DNA of 64,000 nt from Eledone cirrhosa. Lineage: Eukaryota. Positions 15,801 through 28,167 of this stretch are shown piece after piece. Made by a program: the position numbers and the translations under genes. The notes under the pieces were generated by a model. The model was not told where the DNA came from, searched no databases, and was given only the letters and a program-made list of their open reading frames with translations. Position 1 is the first letter of the stretch, and each line of letters begins with the position of its first letter. The DNA lies in NCBI GenBank assembly GCA_964016885.1, contig OZ024742.1, forward strand, positions 337,280,001 through 337,344,000. Direction: 5' to 3'.

Positions 15801-16510
15801 TAATGATACTAAATGTTGGTCATAACTGATGGCAGAAGAAAGGAGTGAAGCATCAGACTGGAGTAATGATACTAAATGTTGGTCACAACTCCTGGCAGAA
15901 GAAAGGAGTGGATCATCAGACTGGAGTAATGATACTAACTGTTGGTCATAACTGATGGATGAAGAAAGGAGTGAATCATCAGACTGGAGTAATGATACTA
16001 ACTGTTGGTCATAACTGATGGCAGAAGAAAGGAGTGAATCATCAGACTGGAGTAATGATACTAACTGTTGGTCATAACTGATGGCAGAAGAAAGGAGTGA
16101 ATCATCAGACTGGAGTAATGATACTAACTGTTGGTCATAACTGATGGCAGAAGAAAGTAGTGAATCATCAGACTGGAGTAATGATACTAACTGTTGGTCA
16201 TAACTGATGGCAGAAGAAAGGAGTGAATCATCAGACTGGAGTAATGATACTAACTGTTGGTCATAACTGATGGCAGAAGAAAGGAGTGAATCATCAGACT
16301 GGAGTAATGATAATAACTGTTGGTCATAACTGATGGATGAAGAAAGGAGTGAATCATCAGACTGGAGTAATGATAATAACTGTTGGTCATAACTGATGGC
16401 AGAAGAAAGGAGTGGATCATCAGACTGGAGTAATGATACTAACTGTTGGTCATAACTGATGGATGAAGAAAGGAGTGAATCATCAGACTGGAGTAATGAT
16501 AATAACTGTT
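9826..16510. repeat. Near-perfect tandem duplication of a 53-monomer (3,339-bp) block
   Basis: GATTGGAG, GACAGGAG, CACGACTG, TTTGTCAC, GATAAGAG, GGTGTCGATC and GAAGCATC recur in order at offset 3339. ORF pairs are 10222/13561, 10408/13747 and 11293/14632. Confidence 0.95.
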
Positions 16511-19500
16511 GGTCACAACTGATGGCAGAAGAAAGGAGTGAATCATCAGACTGGCGTAATGATACTAACTGTTGGTCATAAGTGATGGCAGAAGAAAGGA
16601 GTGAATCATCAGACTGGCGTAATGATACTAACTGTTGGTCATAACTGATGGCAGAAGAAAGGAGTGAATCATCAGACTGGAGTAATGATTCTAACTTATG
16701 GTCACAACTGATGGCAGAAGAAAGGAGTGAATCATCAGACTGGAGTAATGATACTAACTTATGGTCACAACTGATGGCAGAAGAAAGGAGTGAATCATCA
16801 GACTGGAGTAATGATACTAACTGTTGGTCATAACTGATGGCAGAAGAAAGGAGTGAATCATCAGACCATAGTAATGATACTAACTGTTGGTCATAACTGA
16901 AGGCAGAAGAAAGGAGTGAATCATCAAATTGGAGTAATGATACTAACTGTTGGTCATAACTGATGGCAGAAGAAAGGAGTGAATCATCAGACTGGAGTAA
17001 TGATACTAACTTATGGTCACAACTGATGGCAGAAGAAAGGAGTGAATCATCAGACTGGAGTAATGATACTAACTGTTGGTCATAACTGATGGCAGAAGAA
17101 AGGAGTGAATCATCAGACTGGCGTAATGATACTAACTGTTGGTCATAACTGATGGCAGAAGAAAGGAGTGAATCATCAGACTGGAGTAATGATACTAACT
17201 TATGGTCACAACTGATGGCAGAAGAAAGGAGTGAATAATCAGACTGGAGTAATGATACTAACTGTTGGTCACAACACCTGGCAGAAGAAAGGAGTGAATC
17301 ATCAGACTGGAGTAATGATACTAACTGTTGGTCACAACTCCTGGCAGAAGAAAGGAGTGAATCATCAGACTGGAGTAATGATACTAACTGTTGGTCATAA
17401 GTGATGGCAGAAGAAAGGAGTGAATCATCAGACTGGAGTAATGATACTAACTTATGGTCACAACTGATGGCAGAAGAAAGGAGTGAATCATCAGACTGGA
17501 GTAATGATACTAACTGTTGGTCATAACTGATGGCAGAAGAAAGGAGTGAATCATCAGACCGGAGTAATGATACTAACTTATGGTCATAACTGATGGCAGA
17601 AGAAAGGAGTGAATCATCAGACTGGAGTAATGATACTAACTGTTGGTCACAACTGATGGCAGAAGAAAGGAGTGAATCATCAGACTGGCGTAATGATACT
17701 AACTGTTGGTCATAACTGATGGCAGAAGAAAGGAGTGAATCATCAGACTGGAGTAATGATACTAACTGTTGGTCATAACTGATGGCAGAAGAAAGGAGTG
17801 AATCATCAAATTGGAGTAATGATACTAACTGTTGGTCATAACTGATGGCAGAAGAAAGGAGTGAATCATCAGACTGGAGTAATGATAATAACTGTTGGTC
17901 ATAAGTGATGGCAGAAGAAAGGAGTGAATCATCAGACTGGAGTAATGATACTAACTGTTGGTCATAACTGATGGCAGAAGAAAGGAGTGAATCATCAAAT
18001 TGGAGTAATGATACTAACTGTTGGTCATAACTGATGGCAGAAAAAAGGAGTGAATCATCAGACTGGAGTAATGATAATAACTGTTGGTCATAACTGATGG
18101 CAGAAGAAAGGAGTGAATCATCAGACTGGAGTAATGATACTAACTGTTGGTCATAACTGATGGCAGAAGAAAGGAGTGAATCATCAGACTGGAGTAATGA
18201 TACTAACTGTTGGACATAACTGATGGATGAAGAAAGGAGTGAATCATCAGACTGGAGTAATGATACTAACTGTTGGTCATAACTGATGGCAGAAGAAAGG
18301 AGTGAATCATCAGACTGGAGTAATGATACTAACTGTTGGACATAACTGATGGCAGAAGAAAGGAGTGAATCATCAGACTGGAGTAATGATACTAACTGTT
18401 GGACATAACTGATGGATGAAGAAAGGAGTGAATCATCAGACTGGAGTAATGATAATAACTGTTGGTCATAACTCCTGGCAGAAGAAAGGAGTGAATCATC
18501 AGACTGGAGTAATGATAATAACTGTTGGTCATAACTCCTGGCAGAAGAAAGGAGTGAATCATCAGACTGGAGTAATGATACTAACTGTTGGTCATAACTG
18601 ATGGCAGAAGAAAGGGGTGAATCATCTGGCTGGAGTAATGATACTAACTGTTGGTCATAACTCCTGGCAGAAGAAAGGAGTGAATCATCAGACTGGCGTA
18701 ATGATACTAACTGTTGGTCATAACTGATGGCAGAAGAAAGGAGTGAATCATCAGACTGGAGTAATGATACTAACTGTTGGTCATAACTGATGGCAGAAGA
18801 AAGGAGTGAATCATCAGACTGGAGTAATGATACTAACTGTTGGTCACAACTGATGGCAGAAGAAAGGAGCGAATCATCAGACTGGAGTAATGATACGAAC
18901 TGTTGGTCACAACTGATGGCAGAAGAAAGGAGTGAATCATCAGACTGGAGTAATGATACTAACTGTTGGTCATAACTCCTGGCAGAAGAAAGGAGTGAAT
19001 CATCAGACTGGAGTAATAATACTAACTGTTGGTCATAACTGATGGCAGAAGAAAGGGGTGAATCATCTGGCTGGAGTAATGATACTAACTGTTGGTCATA
19101 ACTCCTGGCAGAAGAAAGGAGTGAATCATCAGACTGGAGTAATGATACTAACTGTTGGTCATAACTGATGGCAGAAGAAAGGAGTGAATCATCAGACTGG
19201 AGTAATGATACTAACTGTTGGTCATAACTGATGGCAGAAGAAAGGAGTGAATCATCAGACTGGAGTAATGATACTAACTGTTGGTCACAACTGATGGCAG
19301 AAGAAAGTAGTGACTCATCAGACTGGAGTAATGATACTAACTGTTGGTCACAACTGATGGCAGAAGAAAGGAGTGAATCATCAGACTGGAGTAATGATAC
19401 TATCTGTTGGTCATAACTGATGGCAGAAGAAAGGAGTGAATCATCAGACTGGAGTAATGATACTAACTGTTGGTCACAACTCCTGGCAGAAGAAAGGAGT

Positions 19501-22500
19501 GAATCATCAGACTGGAGTAATGATACTAAATGTTGGTCACGACTGATGGCAGAAGAAGGGAGTGAATCATCAGACTGGAATAATGATACTAACTGTTGGT
19601 CACAACTCCTGGCAGAAGATAGGAGTGAATCATCAGACTGGAGTAATGATACTAACTGTTGGTCACAACTCCTGGCAGAAGAAAGGAGTGAATCATAAGA
19701 CTGGAGTAATGATACTAACTGTTGGTCATAAATGATGGCAGAAGAAGGGAGTGAATCATCAGACTGGAGTAATGATACTAAATGTTGGTCACAACTGATG
19801 GCAGAAGAAGGGAGTGAATCATCAGACTGGAATAATGATACTAACTGTTGGTCACAACTCCTGGCAGAAGATAGGAGTGAATCATCAGACTGGAGTAATG
19901 ATACTAACTGTTTGTCACAACTCCTGGAAGAAGATAAGAGTGAATCATCAGACTGGAGTAATGATACTAACTGTTGGTCATAACTCCTGGCAGAAGAAAG
20001 GAGTGAATCATCAGACTGGAGTAATGATACTAACTGTTGGTCACAACTCCTGGCAGAAGAAAGGAGTGAATCATCAGACTAGAGTAATGATACTAACTGT
20101 TGGTCATAAATGATGGCAGAAGAAAGGAGTAAATCATCAGACTGGAGTAATGATACTATCTGTTGGTCACAACACCTGGCAGAAGAAAGGGGTGAATAAT
20201 CAGACTGGAGTAATGATACTAACTGTTGGTCATAACTCCTGGCAGAAGAAAGGAGTGAATCATCAGACTGGAGTAATGATACTATCTGTTGGTCATAACT
20301 GATGGCAGAAGAAAGGAGTGAATCATCAGACTGGAGTAATGATACTAACTGTTGGTCATAACTGATGGCAGAAGAAAGGAGTGAATCATCAGACTGGAGT
20401 AATGATACTAACTGCTGGTCACAACTCCTGGCAGAAGAAAGGAGTGAATCATCAGACTGGAGTAATGATACTAACTGTTGGTCATAAATGATGGCAGAAG
20501 AAAGGAGTGAATCATCAGACTGGAGTAATGATACTATCTGTTGGTCACAACACCTGGCAGAAGAAAGGAGTGAATAATCAGACTGGAGTAATGATACTAA
20601 CTGTTGGTCATAACTGATGGCAGAAGAAAGGAGTGAATCATCAGACTGGAGTAATGATACTAACTGTTGGTCACAACTGATGGCAGAAGAAAGGAGTGAG
20701 TCATCAGACTGGAGTAATGATACTAACTGTTGGTCACAACTGATGGCAGAAAAAAGGAGTGAATCATCAGACTGGAGTAATGATACTAACTGTTGGTCAT
20801 AACTCCTGGCAGAAGAAAGGAGTGAATCATCAGACTGGCGTAATGATACTAACTGTTGGTCACAACTGATGGCAGAAGAAAGGAGTGAATCATCAGACTG
20901 GAGTAATGATACTAACTGTTGGTCACAACTGATGGCAGAAAAAAGGAGTGAATCATCAGACTGGAGTAATGATACTAACTGTTGGTCATAACTCCTGGCA
21001 GAAGAAAGGAGTGGATCATCAGACTGGCGTAATGATACTAACTGTTGGTCATAACTGATGGCAGAAGAAAGGAGTGAATCATCAGACTGGAGTAATGATA
21101 ATAACTGTTGGTCATAACTCCTGGCAGAAGAAAGGAGTGAATCATCAGACTGGAGTAATGATACTAACTGTTGGTCTCAACTGATGGCAGAAGAAAGGTG
21201 TCGATCATCAGACTGGCGTAATGATACTAACTGTTGGTCATAACTGATGGCAGAAGAAAGGAGTGAATCATCAGACTGGAGTAATGATACTAACTGTTGG
21301 TCATAACTCCTGGCAGAAGAAAGGAGTGAATCATCAGACTGGAGTAATGATACTAACTGTTGGTCATAACTCCTGGCAGAAGAAAGGAGTGAATCATCAG
21401 ACTGGAGTAATGATACTAACTGTTGGACATAACTGATGGATGAAGAAAGGAGTGAATCATCAGACTGGAGTAATGATAATAACTGTTGGTCATAACTGAT
21501 GGCAGAAGAAAGGAGTGAATCATCAGACTGGAGTAATGATACTAACTGTTGGACATAACTGATGGCAGAAGAAAGGAGTGAATCATCAGACTGGAGTAAT
21601 GATAATAACTGTTGGTCATAACTGATGGCAGAAGAAAGGAGTGAATCATCAGACTGGAATAATGATACTAACTGTTGGTCATAACTGATGGCAGAAGAAA
21701 GGAGTGAATCATCAGACTGGAGTAATGATAATAACTGTTGGTCATAACTGATGGCAGAAGAAAGGAGTGAAGCATCAGACTGGAGTAATGATACTAAATG
21801 TTGGTCATAACTGATGGCAGAAGAAAGGAGTGAAGCATCAGACTGGAGTAATGATACTAAATGTTGGTCACAACTCCTGGCAGAAGAAAGGAGTGGATCA
21901 TCAGACTGGAGTAATGATACTAACTGTTGGTCATAACTGATGGATGAAGAAAGGAGTGAATCATCAGACTGGAGTAATGATACTAACTGTTGGTCATAAC
22001 TGATGGCAGAAGAAAGGAGTGAATCATCAGACTGGAGTAATGATACTAACTGTTGGTCATAACTGATGGCAGAAGAAAGGAGTGAATCATCAGACTGGAG
22101 TAATGATACTAACTGTTGGTCATAACTGATGGCAGAAGAAAGTAGTGAATCATCAGACTGGAGTAATGATACTAACTGTTGGTCATAACTGATGGCAGAA
22201 GAAAGGAGTGAATCATCAGACTGGAGTAATGATACTAACTGTTGGTCATAACTGATGGCAGAAGAAAGGAGTGAATCATCAGACTGGAGTAATGATAATA
22301 ACTGTTGGTCATAACTGATGGATGAAGAAAGGAGTGAATCATCAGACTGGAGTAATGATAATAACTGTTGGTCATAACTGATGGCAGAAGAAAGGAGTGG
22401 ATCATCAGACTGGAGTAATGATACTAACTGTTGGTCATAACTGATGGATGAAGAAAGGAGTGAATCATCAGACTGGAGTAATGATAATAACTGTTGGTCA

Positions 22501-25390
22501 CAACTGATGGCAGAAGAAAGGAGTGAATCATCAGACTGGCGTAATGATACTAACTGTTGGTCATAAGTGATGGCAGAAGAAAGGAGTGAATCATCAGACT
22601 GGCGTAATGATACTAACTGTTGGTCATAACTGATGGCAGAAGAAAGGAGTGAATCATCAGACTGGAGTAATGATTCTAACTTATGGTCACAACTGATGGC
22701 AGAAGAAAGGAGTGAATCATCAGACTGGAGTAATGATACTAACTTATGGTCACAACTGATGGCAGAAGAAAGGAGTGAATCATCAGACTGGAGTAATGAT
22801 ACTAACTGTTGGTCATAACTGATGGCAGAAGAAAGGAGTGAATCATCAGACCATAGTAATGATACTAACTGTTGGTCATAACTGAAGGCAGAAGAAAGGA
22901 GTGAATCATCAAATTGGAGTAATGATACTAACTGTTGGTCATAACTGATGGCAGAAGAAAGGAGTGAATCATCAGACTGGAGTAATGATACTAACTTATG
23001 GTCACAACTGATGGCAGAAGAAAGGAGTGAATCATCAGACTGGAGTAATGATACTAACTGTTGGTCATAACTGATGGCAGAAGAAAGGAGTGAATCATCA
23101 GACTGGCGTAATGATACTAACTGTTGGTCATAACTGATGGCAGAAGAAAGGAGTGAATCATCAGACTGGAGTAATGATACTAACTTATGGTCACAACTGA
23201 TGGCAGAAGAAAGGAGTGAATAATCAGACTGGAGTAATGATACTAACTGTTGGTCACAACACCTGGCAGAAGAAAGGAGTGAATCATCAGACTGGAGTAA
23301 TGATACTAACTGTTGGTCACAACTCCTGGCAGAAGAAAGGAGTGAATCATCAGGCTGGAGTAATGATACTAACTGTTGGTCATAAGTGATGGCAGAAGAA
23401 AGGAGTGAATCATCAGACTGGAGTAATGATACTAACTTATGGTCACAACTGATGGCAGAAGAAAGGAGTGAATCATCAGACTGGAGTAATGATACTAACT
23501 GTTGGTCATAACTGATGGCAGAAGAAAGGAGTGAATCATCAGACCGGAGTAATGATACTAACTTATGGTCATAACTGATGGCAGAAGAAAGGAGTGAATC
23601 ATCAGACTGGAGTAATGATACTAACTGTTGGTCACAACTGATGGCAGAAGAAAGGAGTGAATCATCAGACTGGCGTAATGATACTAACTGTTGGTCATAA
23701 CTGATGGCAGAAGAAAGGAGTGAATCATCAGACTGGAGTAATGATACTAACTGTTGGTCATAACTGATGGCAGAAGAAAGGAGTGAATCATCAAATTGGA
23801 GTAATGATACTAACTGTTGGTCATAACTGATGGCAGAAGAAAGGAGTGAATCATCAGACTGGAGTAATGATAATAACTGTTGGTCATAAGTGATGGCAGA
23901 AGAAAGGAGTGAATCATCAGACTGGAGTAATGATACTAACTGTTGGTCATAACTGATGGCAGAAGAAAGGAGTGAATCATCAAATTGGAGTAATGATACT
24001 AACTGTTGGTCATAACTGATGGCAGAAAAAAGGAGTGAATCATCAGACTGGAGTAATGATAATAACTGTTGGTCATAACTGATGGCAGAAGAAAGGAGTG
24101 AATCATCAGACTGGAGTAATGATACTAACTGTTGGTCATAACTGATGGCAGAAGAAAGGAGTGAATCATCAGACTGGAGTAATGATACTAACTGTTGGAC
24201 ATAACTGATGGATGAAGAAAGGAGTGAATCATCAGACTGGAGTAATGATACTAACTGTTGGTCATAACTGATGGCAGAAGAAAGGAGTGAATCATCAGAC
24301 TGGAGTAATGATACTAACTGTTGGACATAACTGATGGCAGAAGAAAGGAGTGAATCATCAGACTGGAGTAATGATACTAACTGTTGGACATAACTGATGG
24401 ATGAAGAAAGGAGTGAATCATCAGACTGGAGTAATGATAATAACTGTTGGTCATAACTCCTGGCAGAAGAAAGGAGTGAATCATCAGACTGGAGTAATGA
24501 TAATAACTGTTGGTCATAACTCCTGGCAGAAGAAAGGAGTGAATCATCAGACTGGAGTAATGATACTAACTGTTGGTCATAACTGATGGCAGAAGAAAGG
24601 GGTGAATCATCTGGCTGGAGTAATGATACTAACTGTTGGTCATAACTCCTGGCAGAAGAAAGGAGTGAATCATCAGACTGGCGTAATGATACTAACTGTT
24701 GGTCATAACTGATGGCAGAAGAAAGGAGTGAATCATCAGACTGGAGTAATGATACTAACTGTTGGTCATAACTGATGGCAGAAGAAAGGAGTGAATCATC
24801 AGACTGGAGTAATGATACTAACTGTTGGTCACAACTGATGGCAGAAGAAAGGAGTGAATCATCAGACTGGAGTAATGATACGAACTGTTGGTCACAACTG
24901 ATGGCAGAAGAAAGGAGTGAATCATCAGACTGGAGTAATGATACTAACTGTTGGTCATAACTCCTGGCAGAAGAAAGGAGTGAATCATCAGACTGGAGTA
25001 ATAATACTAACTGTTGGTCATAACTGATGGCAGAAGAAAGGGGTGAATCATCTGGCTGGAGTAATGATACTAACTGTTGGTCATAACTCCTGGCAGAAGA
25101 AAGGAGTGAATCATCAGACTGGAGTAATGATACTAACTGTTGGTCATAACTGATGGCAGAAGAAAGGAGTGAATCATCAGACTGGAGTAATGATACTAAC
25201 TGTTGGTCATAACTGATGGCAGAAGAAAGGAGTGAATCATCAGACTGGAGTAATGATACTAACTGTTGGTCACAACTGATGGCAGAAGAAAGTAGTGACT
25301 CATCAGACTGGAGTAATGATACTAACTGTTGGTCACAACTGATGGCAGAAGAAAGGAGTGAATCATCAGACTGGAGTAATGATACTAACT
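13490..25390. repeat. Tandem duplication of a 95-monomer (5,985-bp) block overlapping the 53-mer duplication
   Basis: The offset is 5985 = 95x63 for 13747/19732, 16648/22633, 18416/24401 and 19231/25216. Both copies share GACCATAGT, CTGAAGGC, TCAAATTGG and TACGAAC. Confidence 0.95.
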
Positions 25391-28167
25391 GTTGGTCATA
25401 ACTCCTGGCAGAAGAAAGGAGTGAATCATCAGACTGGAGTAATAATACTAACTGTTGGTCATAACTGATGGCAGAAGAAAGGGGTGAATCATCTGGCTGG
25501 AGTAATGATACTAACTGTTGGTCATAACTCCTGGCAGAAGAAAGCAGTGAATCATCAGACTGGAGTAATGATACTAACTGTTGGTCATAACTGATGGCAG
25601 AAGAAAGGAGTGAATCATCAGACTGGAGTAATGATACTAACTGTTGGTCATAACTGATGGCAGAAGAAAGGAGTGAATCATCAGACTGGAGTAATGATAA
25701 TAACTGTTGTTCATAACTGATGGCAGAAGAAAGGAGTGAATAATAAGACTGGAGTAATGATACTAACTGTTGGTCATAACTCCTGGCAGAAGAAAGGAGT
25801 GAATCATCAGACTGGAGTAATGATACTAACTGTTGGTCATAACTGATGGCAGAAGAAAGGAGTGAATCATCAGACTGGAGTAATGATACTAAATGTTGGT
25901 CATAACTGATGGCAGAAGAAAGGAGTGAATCATCAGACTGGAGTAACGATACTAACTGTTGGTCACAACACCTGGCAGAAGAAAGGAGTGAATCATCAGA
26001 CTGGAGTAATGATACTAACTGTTGGTCACAACTCCTGGCAGAAGAAAGGAGTGAATCATCAGACTGGAGTAATGATACTAACTGTTGGTCATAAATGATG
26101 GCAGAAGAAAGGAGTGAATCATCAGACTGGAGTAATGATACTAACTTATGGTCACAACTGATGGCAGAAGAAAGGAGTGAATCATCAGACTGACGTAATG
26201 ATACTAACTGTTGGTCATAACTGATGGCAGAAGAAAGGAGTGAATCATCAGACTGGAGTAATGATACTAACTGTTGGTCATAACTGATGGCAGAAGAAAG
26301 GAGTGAATCATCAGACTGGAGTAATGATACTAACTGTTGGTCACAACTGATGGCAGAAGAAAGGAGTGAATCATCAGACTGGCGTAATGATACTAACTGT
26401 TGGTCACAACTGATGGCAGAAGAAAGGAGTGAATCATCAGACTGACGTAATGATACTAACTGTTGGTCATAACTGATGGCAGAAGAAAGGAGTGGATCAT
26501 CAGACTGGAGTAATGATACTAACTGTTGGTCATAACTGATGGCAGAAGAAAGGAGTGAATCATCAGACCGGAGTAATGATACTAACTGTTGGTCATAACT
26601 GATGGCAGAAGAAAGGAGTGAATCATCAGACTGGAGTAATGATACTAACTGTTGGTCAGAACTGATGGCAGAAGAAAGGAGTGAATCATCAGACTAGAGT
26701 AATGATACTAACTGTTGGTCACAACTGATGGCAGAAGAAAGGAGTGAATCATCAGACCGGAGTAATGATACTAACTGTTGGTCATAACTGATGGCAGAAG
26801 AAAGGAGTGAATCATCAGACTGGAGTAATGATACTAACTGTTGGTCACAACTGATGGCAGAAGAAAGGAGTGAATCATCAGACTGGCGTAATGATACTAA
26901 CTGTTGGTCACAACTGATGGCAGAAGAAAGGAGTGAATCATCAGATTGACGTAATGATACTAACTGTTGGTCATAACTGATGGCAGAAGAAAGGAGTGAA
27001 TCATCAGACTGGAGTAATGATACTAACTGTTGGTCACAACTGATGGCAGAAGAAAGGAGTGAATCATCAGACTGGAGTAATGATACTAACTGTTGGTCTC
27101 AACTGATGGCAGAAGAAAGGAGTGAATCATCAGACTGGAGTAATGATACTAACTGTTGGTCACAACTGATGGCAGAAGAAAGGAGTGAATCATCAGACTG
27201 GAGTAATGATACTAACTGTTGGTCACAACTGATGGCAGAAGAAAGGAGTGAATCATCAGACTGGAGTAATGATACTAACTGTTGGTCTCAACTGATGGCA
27301 GAAGAAAGGAGTGAATCATCAGACTGGAGTAATGATACTAACTGTTGGTCACAACTGATGGCAGAAGAAAGGAGTGAATCATCAGACTGGAGTAATGATA
27401 CTAACTGTTGGTCACAACTGATGGCAGAAGAAAGGAGTGAATCATCAGACTGGAGTAATGATACTAACTGTTGGTCATAACTGATGGCAGAAGAAAGGAG
27501 TGAATCATCAGACTGGAGTAATGATAATAACTGTTGTTCATAACTGATGGCAGAAGAAAGGAGTGAATAATAAGACTGGAGTAATGATACTAACTGTTGG
27601 TCATAACTGATAGCAGAAGAAAGGAGTGAATCATCAGACTGGAGTAATGATAATAACTGTTGTTCATAACTGATGGCAGAAGAAAGGAGTGAATCATCAG
27701 AGTGGAGTAATAATACTAACTGTTGGTCACAACTCCTGGCAGAAGAAAGGAGTGAATCATCAGACTGGAGTAATGATACTAACTGTTGGTCACAACTGAT
27801 GGCAGAAGAAAGGAGTGAATCATCAGACTGGAGTAATGATATTAACTGTAGGTCACAACTGATGGCAGAAGAAAGGAGTGAATCATCAGACTGGAGTAAT
27901 GATACTAACTGTTGGTCATAACTCCTGGCAGAAGAAAGGAGTGAATCATCAGACTGGATTAATGATACTAACTGTTGGTCATAACTCCTGGCAGAAGAAA
28001 GGAGTGAATCATCAGACTGGAGTAATGATACTAACTGTTGGTCATAACTCCTGGCAGAAGAAAGGAGTGAATCATCAGACTGTAGTAATGATACTAACTG
28101 TTGGTCATAACTGATGGCAGAAGAAAGGAGTGAATCATCAGACTGGAGTAATGATAATAACTGTTGT

